Below, in pieces: positions 47,828-57,548 of a stretch of DNA of 64,000 bases (its first letter is position 1; each line of letters begins with the position of its first letter). The translations under genes were made by a program, and so were the position numbers. Location: the NCBI GenBank assembly GCA_032718475.1, contig JAUCBJ010006599.1, forward strand, positions 59,476-123,475, given 5' to 3'. Origin of the DNA: Nemertoderma westbladi. Its lineage: Eukaryota > Animalia > Xenacoelomorpha. Under the pieces are notes generated by a model that worked only from the letters and a program-made list of their open reading frames with translations, was not told the origin of the DNA and made no database searches.

Positions 47828-50260
47828 ATGGCTGATTATAATGATGATGGTGTTACTGCTGTAGATATATTAGATGACAACAGTTCCTTAACCTCTCATA
47901 ATAATTATTCGCTCGATCAAAGTCAACAAGTTTCTTCAGTATCAGATTGTGAACAACAACCCACAGATGTTCACATAACGCGTTCTAAAACTGGTAAATT
48001 CCGATCGACTAAACGTAAATGGCAGTCTGAGCCATCTCCATCACCGTCACCGCCATCACCACAAAAATGGAAAACAAAAAATGTAAAACTAAAAACGGGA
48101 AAGAATAAGTTGGTAAAATCACGAAAAGCAATTAAAACTTCATTAAATTCTCGCGGCAGTGCAATGGGGTTCATATCGGGATCAGTGCAGTCGAAGGAAT
48201 TAGGCCTACCCGTTGGATCGGAACCAGACAAAGTGCAAGATGATCATTCTCAAGTGAATAGTGGAGAGTGGTCGCAAGCTAAAAATGTCGATGACAGTGA
48301 TAAGCTACTGGATTCAGGCCGTATTAAATCCAGCGTAACTAAAAGAAAAAAACAAAAGGACCGCGACCGCAATATTCCGGAGCATTTAAAGCGACGCCTG
48401 TCCGCGAACCCCTTCCAGGAACAGACGTCTCCCAATCTGGAAGGCGGTGTCTGGGGCAACATACCTGACGGTCTCTACTTCGTACAACAGGACATCTGTA
48501 AACCCTGTCGCGCAGTTTGTAACACATCGGAATTGCTGTTAATTAAAGGGCTTTCCAGCGGCTCCAACCAAATAGTTTGTGGGTCGTGCCGAAGTAAAGC
48601 GCCCAATGCAGGACGGAGTTTCCCCTACGACGATAAAGTCAGCCACACTTCTAATTACTTTTGTAAGTTGTGTAACATCGTGACTCCGACCCTGAGTCGC
48701 ATACGGAAACACTTTGGGATTATGCATTACGAGGTGTTTAAACGTTACAACAACGTTTGCCAGTATTGCCATCAGTATTCCTTCTCTAAGGGCCATCTCG
48801 AGGCCCATATTAGGAAGCACCACAATGAATTCGCGTCTTCAATAAATTTCGATCGGCCTCCTCAGACTGGGTTCGTTGCCACCTGTTTGAGGTGCAGCTG
48901 GTGCAACGAATGCCAGGAAGAAACGGAAGTACATTATTTGTCTTCCTATAGAAATTCTCTCACCAAAAAGAATTTGTTGCTCTGTTATATGTGCGAGCGA
49001 AAGTTTGCAGACGAGCAACATATTACACCGGTTGTTTCGACTCCATCGACTCCAACTCCTAAAATCCCCATTCGCTTCCGGTGCTCCGAATGCTTTAAAG
49101 GCTTCCGACATCTTGGCCGCTCGAGGGACCACATCGCAGTGGTGCATTTAGGCAAGAGGTTGCATTACTGTCACGTTTGTAAACGAGATTATGAAGAGGT
49201 TCTTTTGTTGAAACATCATCTTACAACGCCTCTTCATCAAAACAATGTGAGGCGAAACGCTGGTCTTCTCGTCCCAAAGACAGAATCAGGGATCACGATA
49301 AAGACCGAACCGTTATTTCTGGATCAAGATTATACCAATGAACGTTTGGAACAAATCGTAGTCGATGAAGAAATATTATCTCGCCCGTCCTTAGTTTTAT
49401 CTTCCACATCATCTACTAGCACTAGGGACAGGGCCTGTTCACCAGTAGTAATTCCTACATACCGAGATCAAGCTACCTCACCAATATCTTTTGAACGCGC
49501 TCAACCAGATATTCCGAGTGTAGTTCACCCATGCGAGTCGTGCTCCAAACTCTTTGCTACTGAAGAATATCTCATCCACCATATTCAACGGCATCACCCT
49601 GAAAGTGTTGGAACTCGGAAACCTAATGCGAAAGTCTGTGGTTCAGTCAGAGACAGTGGTAATAATTTACTTGGAGACAATATAAGTGGTGGTTGTAACG
49701 TCGGTGTAAGTCAAGCTGATTTATTGGTGGAACCTTTGTTTAACACCCCAAGCCAATCCCCCCTCGCTGACTCTGAAAACCAATCCCTGTCTGATGACTC
49801 CCAAATGCAGACCCCCAAGAAACCTTTCAGCTGCACCGCTTGTGGAATGAGTTTTGAAGAGTCAAGAGAACTGGTGGCTCATGTCCAAGCGCACTTTAGA
49901 GTTAAACCTCACTTCTGTAGCGAATGCGACGCCACCTTTCACGAAAACTACCGTCTGTTACTCCATAAAGTTGCGGACCACAGTGGTAAAACCCCAAGGG
50001 TTAAAAAACTACATTGTGTAAATAATAAGAAATCTCCTCCGTTAAAGCTGAAGAACTGCCAAGGCGCTGAAGTATTTGATAACAGTGCGTCTTATCCTAT
50101 AAAGTGTCCCAAATGTACTCGAACTTATAACTTATTTCAATACCTTAAACGCCATTACAGTTCTGTTCACGGTGGGACTATGATATGCAGTTTGTGTTCC
50201 GCTAATATTTTATCTAATCGAGATTTATTAATTCACTCTACAATTCAAACACCGCGGTAG
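47828..50260 (+). CDS. Multi zinc-finger protein (810 aa), paralogue of 4516-7773
   Basis: Two C4+C2H2+C2H2 modules. Shared segment TSPISFE..PDIPSVVHPCESCSKLF vs TSPIMFE..PDLPKVIHPCTFCSKLF. Extra C-terminal C2H2 fingers. A CAG acceptor lies 1 nt before the ATG. Confidence 0.9.
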   Translation: MADYNDDGVTAVDILDDNSSLTSHNNYSLDQSQQVSSVSDCEQQPTDVHITRSKTGKFRSTKRKWQSEPSPSPSPPSPQKWKTKNVKLKTGKNKLVKSRKAIKTSLNSRGSAMGFISGSVQSKELGLPVGSEPDKVQDDHSQVNSGEWSQAKNVDDSDKLLDSGRIKSSVTKRKKQKDRDRNIPEHLKRRLSANPFQEQTSPNLEGGVWGNIPDGLYFVQQDICKPCRAVCNTSELLLIKGLSSGSNQIVCGSCRSKAPNAGRSFPYDDKVSHTSNYFCKLCNIVTPTLSRIRKHFGIMHYEVFKRYNNVCQYCHQYSFSKGHLEAHIRKHHNEFASSINFDRPPQTGFVATCLRCSWCNECQEETEVHYLSSYRNSLTKKNLLLCYMCERKFADEQHITPVVSTPSTPTPKIPIRFRCSECFKGFRHLGRSRDHIAVVHLGKRLHYCHVCKRDYEEVLLLKHHLTTPLHQNNVRRNAGLLVPKTESGITIKTEPLFLDQDYTNERLEQIVVDEEILSRPSLVLSSTSSTSTRDRACSPVVIPTYRDQATSPISFERAQPDIPSVVHPCESCSKLFATEEYLIHHIQRHHPESVGTRKPNAKVCGSVRDSGNNLLGDNISGGCNVGVSQADLLVEPLFNTPSQSPLADSENQSLSDDSQMQTPKKPFSCTACGMSFEESRELVAHVQAHFRVKPHFCSECDATFHENYRLLLHKVADHSGKTPRVKKLHCVNNKKSPPLKLKNCQGAEVFDNSASYPIKCPKCTRTYNLFQYLKRHYSSVHGGTMICSLCSANILSNRDLLIHSTIQTPR

Positions 50261-50461
50261 TAAGAAAGTCACAAATAATTTCAGTGGCAACCCGAGTTCC
50301 AATTATTTACGGTCGGGAATGTTCAACAAAAAATATCGATAATTCATTGGAGGGTGTCGGGATGTCCTGACCTGATGATGGGTTGGCTTCAGCAAACAAT
50401 CCTCTTAATATATTGCCAATCATTTATTTGTATACTGAAGAATTAACTTAACTATATACGT

Positions 50462-50585
50462 CATTGTTCATAAAATAGCACTTTATAGCGTTATGGCCTT
50501 TGTGATTTTGTTATCCCGAGCGACAGCGAGGGAAATAATAAAACGAGGGCCGTAAAAGTTTTAAAGTGCAAATTATGAACAATGG
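50462..50585. mobile_element. Hairpin of about 125 bp centred on CCCGAGCGACAGCGAGGG
   Basis: Arms CATTGTTCATAA..GCACTTTA..GGCC and GGCC..TAAAGTGC..TTATGAACAATG. Confidence 0.55.
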
Positions 50586-51339
50586 CGAATCTAATTTAAT
50601 TTATTTGTGGGGAATTATTTGTAGTTATGCATTCAAACTTTCTAGAACAACCTAATAATGACGCGGTAACATACTGGATATGCTGGGAATTCATAGAAAA
50701 TGTATGGCGTAGGGAAATACTGAGAAATAATGTCGCACTGCGATATAAAGTTAGAAAATATGTCGCCCTGGCGATTTGATAGTGCGAAATTAATTCCACA
50801 CAAATAAATAAAATCAATATTAGCTAACATTAATTCTAGAATATATATATAATTATTATGATATAATGACGTAATAATATCATTGTAATGTAATATTTCT
50901 TCTTACTAATGTTTTATGATAAATTCAATCTGTTTTTATACTTAGAGATATATGTTTGTTGTTGATTAATTAGATAATATGTTTAAGAATTTTCGCCTAG
51001 TTTGGGCCAGCAGTATAACTTAAACAAAATATTATTATGATATGATATTAACTTTCGCATTACGTATTGTTCACCTGTTCCTGGGTTGATTTTATTACAT
51101 TATGATGTCAACTTATAATTATAATGTAATATCTAACGTTTTAGTTAAAGGGGTTTTCCTGGTCGGTGATTCCATTACTGATTTTGATCTGATTTTGATT
51201 ACTGGTTTTAAAATATAATGGCTTTGTGTTGGTCTGTATAGCTGTTGGTGTGTCCGTCAAAATATAACAGATAGACAGACAGCCGGATAGACCATCTAGA
51301 ATGGATCATAAATGGAAACATAGACTAGATAACAAGATT

Positions 51340-51545
51340 CCTAGATGGGGCAGCACTGTTTGGGCAGAGTGCTTTAAATGCTGCAGCCTAGCCCAACCCC
51401 GGCTTTCATCCTTCAGTGGTCGATAAATGGGAACCAAGGCAACTTGGGAAACAGAGTGGAAGGGTTTACTGTGGAAGATCACCCATGGTGGTGAACAGGC
51501 ATTCCTTGGCTTAACGAGCCTAAAAGATTCTCCCATTCATAACAA
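51340..51545 (+). mobile_element. SINE fragment with a conserved central domain
   Basis: GCTTTCATCCTTCAGTGGTCGATAAATGGGAACC resembles the conserved core (GCCTTTCATCCTTCCG.GGTCGATAAA.TGAGTACC) of widespread metazoan tRNA-SINEs. Recognised from memory only. Confidence 0.5.
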
Positions 51546-51610
51546 GATTTTAAGTTGTGTATTTCATTCATAATTTTTATAACTTTTTGTTGGGCACAGC
51601 TTTTGCAATG

Positions 51611-51668
51611 ACGTCCGGCTGGGATCGAACTGATGACCTCCGAGTTGAACCATTCAGCTAGCGGCTCA
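51611..51668 (-). mobile_element. tRNA-derived SINE head (degenerate)
   Basis: Minus strand has an A-box-like TAGCTGAATGG and a B-box-like GTTCGATCCC. Too short for a cloverleaf. Confidence 0.4.
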
Positions 51669-53818
51669 GGTAAAAGATAGACCTGGAAATACCATCTGAT
51701 ACCTTGTATGTCCGCAATTTACCTCCTCATGGCCTCCCAACTGTCAATACCATCATATGCGTGAAACCACTCATTCATCCATAACACCAATAATAAATTA
51801 TAAAATTCATAATTTTTGACTGACAGACAGATAGGCGAACAGAAGATAGGATATGCAACTTAAGACTGCCTGTTCAATAGAAGTGGATTAGATGAGATAG
51901 TGAATGTCAGGGTCAAGTGCCTGAACTGGTTACCGCTACTGATGAGGCCTGATAGGCTGAAACGTACTGTACATATAGTGCTGGTTCAACCCCCCGGTGA
52001 CGCGCTTTCTCATTTTTTCCATTTCTGAACAAAACCATAATATTACAACAGACAGACAGGCCGACAGACAGATAGACATGCAGGCAGCCAGGCAGAAAGT
52101 CAGACAATCTAGAAACCATGAAACAGTAAAATGGTCATTATTTTTTCAAAACTTTTTAAAAAATTTTCCGTCTAACATCAAGCTGACTTCTGGGCTCGAC
52201 AATGGAACCTCTTATCTAACAATTTATTGGAATTTTAATTATAATAACTTATGATAGAGGTGGGTCATGACTCATGACCAACTGCAATATACGACCTGGC
52301 AAGCTGCAGCAATCAACTAAATTTAGTGGTCCGACTTTCTGACTTGTTACAGTACTTGTAAACCAGTAGTTTAACGTTTAGTTTTACGAAGTAGTCAGTA
52401 GTTCATGTGGGGCGAGCCACGAAGTAGGCACAGCCTTCTGTTTGGGGGGGGGGGGGGGGGGGTCAATAATGTCAAATGGGCCTAGTTGTCGTCGTTACCA
52501 TTTTGACATGCTAATAACTTTGTCGGGTTTAAAGTGTCGAGTGGAATATTTGTAGCCATCAGTAAGACCAAAAGTCCTCCCATTACTTTGCCTTTAATCC
52601 ATTAGAGCTGAAACTTGGCAGATTTGTACTAAACCAATAAAATTGTCATTCAACGGAGGCTCATCCGTATCAGTTCTATAGGGTGTAGGTATATAGTGTG
52701 CCGCTGTAGGGTGAAATGCCTCAAAGTGAAATCTGACCCTTTCCGTTTTTATGAACCGTTCAGCTCAGCTGTCAAGCTGCAACTTGTCAGATACGTGCTA
52801 GAACACATCTGTGTCTTTGTGGGTTCGGTAATCGGCCTGTAGTTCTCTAGTCTGCCACTAGAGGGTGAAATGTTTGAAAGTGAAAACCTCCCATTTATTC
52901 CATGATTTTAATTCGTTTAAGCTAAATCTTGACATATGTTGGCCTACTAAACGTTGCTGTTGCGTCTTTGTGTAGACGGTGATCGGTACGCATTTCTCAA
53001 GTCTGGCGCTATATAATAATGAGTCTGCTTAGATTTAGTTTATAATTCTTTCGAATTTTGACATTTAACATACCGATGAGAAAAGTGCCCAGAGACGCGT
53101 TTTTATCAGCGGGATGAGGAGGAAGGGTTTAACAAGCAAACTATATGTCGGGTTTCGTTTCTGTCTGATATTCGGGTCGTTAATCTTTCGTTCGGGAATC
53201 CTTCAGTACACCACTGTCCCACTATTATAGATGACGACCTGCGAGTGCGCCTTTCCTGGTACTAGGCCTACCTACTCGTGGAAGATTCTACTTCGGAGAA
53301 ACTTTACAGTTGAATTAGGTGTTTCATGTGTGTTTTCATCTTCAATGAAATAGTTGATTCTTGGTTCCATTCACACTGTTCCAGTGGTTACTGCCAATAA
53401 AGTTTATTATATTTAATTTCCGATGTTGGGGTTTTCAAATGCGGCGGTATCGTGTCTGTCTGTCTGTCTGTCTGTCTGTCTAAATATAAACTAGAACCGG
53501 ATAGACAGACAATTTGGAAGCCATCAAATGTGAAATCTAACATTGGAAATAAAATCACAAACCATTTAACACCCTATTGCAAAACGTTTAGCTGGGTTGT
53601 GTACTTTTATTTTACTTGGACGGATAGACAGACATACAGACCAACATAAAGACAGACAGACAGAAATCAGTTTTATTTTCAAATAGAAAATTATTTTAAT
53701 TCCTTCCATATATATATTTAATAATAAAGCCAACATATGGCACCAATATATGTCATTAAATTAATGTATATACTTTTAAAATTTGGATAACTTAACAAAA
53801 ATCTTAAAAGAATTATTA

Positions 53819-54490
53819 TTATTTATTTGCCCAATATAATAGAGAGTGTTTATTCTGTGGGCATTCTAACAAATGGTATCGGTCAGCTGATCCACCACAT
53901 AGGACACAAATGCATTCAACGTTATTTGGTTCGTGATAGACTTTCGTACGGCATATCAAATGGTGAAAACCATGCATTGATGCTCTGGTAATAGCATGTC
54001 TGTTTTTATAATTCGACGATTTCCAGTTATCTCTCTTAAACGCTGGTGAATTCCAGAAAACTGTTGGAATTAGCTGCCTTTTAATAACCTCAATAATTTC
54101 CCTATATTTAACGAATTCCGGTGTCACTGGTAATCTAAGAGTGTTCTGGAGATCCACACACATATTCCTTTCCCCTGCTGTAATTTCCAAGACCAATCGG
54201 TTATGGGATGTCTTCGACACGGAGAGTACCCTCTTGAGAAATCTTCCCTTTATTTTGTCGATACTGATAAACTGTTGTGCTTTCAAAGATTCCCATATTA
54301 CCGCAATATTATAACTAGCAATAGGCCGAATCTTTAATTTAAAGAGCTTTATAGCTGTGGGAAGAGATAACAACTTTGGGTTTTTCATTGCGTGGATAGC
54401 CTTGATACATTTACACTGGATATTTACTATGTGGAAACTGAAACTAAGTGTCGGCTGTAGTGTAATTCCCAGGTACGTGTAGCGGTTTAC
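53819..54490 (-). mobile_element. 3' part of a non-LTR retrotransposon ORF (RT C-terminus + CCHC knuckle; clade uncertain, possibly RTEX-like), continuing at 56116-56155
   Basis: YTYLGI, IRPIASY...W, and the terminal CVLCGGSADRYHLLECP. Removing the hAT insert and one TSD restores the frame FYYNRNPIDIVNRYTYLG. Confidence 0.8.
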
Positions 54491-54811
54491 CATGGCCGGC
54501 GCCAATGGGGTGCAAGGGGTGCAGCTGCACCCCCCAAAAAGTGAGAAAAGGTCCGCAATTGGACGAATATATTTTCATTGTGGACTAATACAAAAAATTT
54601 TGTGTAATTATTAAACCAAAAGAACACACAGTCACTTGAATCTTATTCTAATCAGATTTCTGTCCATTTATATTACTGGGTGTTCTGGTATTACTTGCTG
54701 TCAACAGTGAACATCATACCGATACCACTACACACTACACCTCTATTACATTACCTGCAAGTTATTTATATATTTTCAATGTTTAGTTCATTTACTTTCG
54801 GTTTAGTGTTT

Positions 54812-55023
54812 AGTACAGGTAGCAGCAACAAGCAACTAACAGACAATAGGTCGGCAATTCAATTCAACCTTAGTATACTACTGGTAGCAATACCAGACCA
54901 CCAGTACTGTCCTACTTCCTGTATACTTTTATGTACGGGTAGTAGCAACAAGCAACTAACAGACAATAGGTCGGCAATTCAATTCAACCTTAGTATACTA
55001 CTGGTAGCAATACCAGACCACCA
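54812..55023. repeat. Direct duplication with a 120-bp period inside the hAT element
   Basis: AGCAACAAGCAACTAACAGACAATAGGTCGGC...CCAGACCACCA occurs twice. Confidence 0.85.
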
Positions 55024-55024
55024 A

Positions 55025-55430
55025 CCAAAGGCAAAATTTTACAATTTAAAATTTTGTGCTACTTGTACTTTTCGTTCTGGGGCACCAGAATGGCACCAAA
55101 ATTGGGTTTGAATTACCATAAATATTTATAACTAGTTTCATCGTGATCAGCGACCTCGAAAACCCGTATACATTCAGAATTATCAAAACAAACACAAAAT
55201 TGTTTAGTTTAACATTTTTTTACTTACGTTTCGTCCTGGGGGACCAAAATAGCACCAAAAATGATGGTTGCATCGCCAGAAAATATTTTAAACAATTTTT
55301 ATCGTGACCAGCGAGCTCGTAAACCCTTATACCATCAAAATTGTAATTTTTGAGCCAAGATCTAAAATGACCCCCCCCCCCCCCCCCAGGCCAATTACGT
55401 TGTAAAATAGCCCGGGCCAGATAGGGTTAA
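55025..55430. mobile_element. One end of a piggyBac-like MITE nested in the hAT element
   Basis: Ends CCCGGGCCAGATAGGG-TTAA and has an internal duplicated CGTGA.CAGCGA.CTCG.AAACCC block. The matching left TIR is not seen. Confidence 0.4.
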
Positions 55431-55764
55431 ATCAAGGTTGATTGAAATCCGATCTAATTAAAATCACCTATTCCGTTTTACTCACTCCATCCAATATTCC
55501 GGTAGCAGTCTGCAGTAATCAACCATTTGTTCAACCAAATTAAAGTCTAGGTTGTTTTATTGTTGAATTAAATATTTTTTAAGTAAGATTTTTAAGTATT
55601 TTTTAAATTTATTAATTTGAATGTGTTAGAAGTATTTCACAGTATAAGTTAGAATACTGGTGGGTTTATTATATCAAAATCAAAATACTTCGTTGGAGAC
55701 AGGAGGGAAACGCAAAACCTGCCTTGGCGAATTAATATCCCGCCTCAATGTTAAATTCTCAATT

Positions 55765-55850
55765 TAGGAAAGGAGCAGGTTACAGTGGCACGTTATTTTA
55801 ACCAAAACAATAAACTAAACACGGTTACAGTTTTATTTTTTAGAGTAATC
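55765..55850. repeat. Inverted dispersed copy of the GGTTAGA-N12-TGTAACC motif
   Basis: GGAAAGGAGCAGGTTACAGTGGCACGTTATTTTAACCAAAACAATAAAC..CACGGTTACAG..GAGTAA is the reverse complement of the extended motif. Confidence 0.85.
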
Positions 55851-56213
55851 AGACTTTATTTGTGTCGGAATTTCCCCTGGAGAGGGATGAATTTTTATTG
55901 CGTCCATAATTTAGTATCATTTAATCATATCATTTAATAGGTTCACTCTAACTTTTTCTAACTATCTGATACAAAGTGTAAAGTTTTCTAGGTTAGCGGC
56001 CTAAACTGATACCGGTGCAATGCAGCAATGTGTAATATTTTGTTTCGATGGTAACAAAAAAGGTCCGCTTTTTCAACATCTGCACCCCCCAAGAAAAATC
56101 CTGGCGCCGGCCATGCGGTTTACGATATCTATAGGGTTCCTATTATAATAAAACCTGATTTTATGAGTTAAACGCTGGGGACTCCCCTTGTGAACTAAAT
56201 AGTGTTTACTTTC

Positions 56214-56260
56214 TTAAATCCGATCGATTTCCAGCTCTAGGCTCTTTATCAAGGTTTCAA
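56214..56260 (-). ncRNA. Putative minimal type I hammerhead ribozyme, U3-A8 core variant
   Basis: Minus strand TTGAAACC-TTGATAA-AGAGCCTAGAGCTG-GAAA-TCGA-TC-GGATTTAA: core UUGAUAA/GAAA, palindromic stem III, AUC cleavage triplet and stem I pairing. Located in the PLE terminal repeat. Confidence 0.6.
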
Positions 56261-56950
56261 ATAATATAAATCAACAATACATAATATTTAATATTTAGAG
56301 CGTACGTACGTAGGTACCGGTATTAGTTATTTACATAGGTAGAGCAGTAGACCTAAAATGTAGAAAAATCACCAAAATTACAGAAATATTAACATATAGC
56401 AGTATAGCATATCGTTGTACCAAAGATCTATTTGTATCGCACCACCAATCAGACAATAGAGAACCGAAATATAAAAATTACACAAAATACATAACTGATA
56501 CACCCCCCCCCCCCCCCCCCCCCCCCGGCCCTGCCGGCCGCCGCCATCAGCCCACGCGACCCGAAATCCGACACCTACTGCCCACTGCTATCCTGCATTA
56601 GGCCTACCACAATACACCAAAGTCTGAAACCCCCGCTAGTAGCATCTTTCGGACCTTCCTGTCCCTCCACCAGTCAGGAATGAGCGGTCCAGACCCTACC
56701 GGTAGGCGGGAGCACCCCAAATCCTGTTTCCCCTACCTGCATACACGTAGGCTACGCGTATCACTACTAGTTAACCCCAAATTTACCACACATTGCTATC
56801 GTATCAGTCTACGCCCCAAACTTTAACCACAATCTGCCAATCGGTTCCTCTACGCCATGTACACTATCTCTGTACAGTATGATTCCTAATGTTACCCCAT
56901 CAGAAAATTAAGCAAACACAAACTAAACCTATGTGATCCCAATTACCTAC

Positions 56951-57524
56951 ACCCCACAATTCCCCCCTGTATGACACTTGCCCAGTACAAAATATATAAA
57001 AAACACATATAAACACTACCCCTAGATTCCCCCGCGAATTCCCGTGTACTTCATCACCCCCATTTCAATATATGTACAGTATGACTCCTAACCCCACAGA
57101 TCCCCCCTGTATGACAGTTCCCAGTACAAAATATATAAAAAAGAATCACACATATAAACACTACCCCTAGATTCCCCCCGCGAATTCCCGTGTACTTCAT
57201 CACCCCCATTTCAATATATGTACAGTATGACTCCTAACCCCACAAATCCCCCCTGTATGACAGTTGCCCAGTACAAAATATATAAGAAAACCCACATATA
57301 AACACTACCCCTAGATACCCCCCGCGAATTCCCGTGTACTTCATCACCCCCATTTCAATATATGTACAGTATGACTCCTAACCCCACAGATCCCCCCTGT
57401 ATGACAGTTCCCAGTACAAAATATATAAAAAAATCACACATATAAACACTACCCCTAGATACCCCCCGCGAATTCCCGTGTACTTCATCACCCCCATTTC
57501 AATATATGTACAGTATGACTCCTA
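56951..57524. repeat. Four tandem 140-146-bp repeats in the PLE 3' region
   Basis: Units start at 56951, 57091, 57237 and 57381 (ACCCCACA.ATCCCCCCTGTATGACA...GTATGACTCCTA). Confidence 0.9.
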
Positions 57525-57548
57525 CTATTGCACCCGGTTACAAACAGG

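Larger units (their letters stand above)
54491..56115. mobile_element. Non-autonomous hAT element, 1625 bp
   Basis: Perfect 14-bp TIR CATGGCCGGCGCCA / TGGCGCCGGCCATG and perfect 8-bp TSD CGGTTTAC. Subterminal TGCACCCC and AAAAGGTCCGC occur at both ends. Confidence 0.92.

Noticed and set aside
50365-50400. CTGATGA as a hammerhead or SECIS core downstream of ZF gene 2
   Set aside because: No GAAA partner or supporting stems, and the gene has no in-frame TGA.
51611-51668. Functional tRNA gene
   Set aside because: It lacks an anticodon arm and full cloverleaf; treated as a SINE head.
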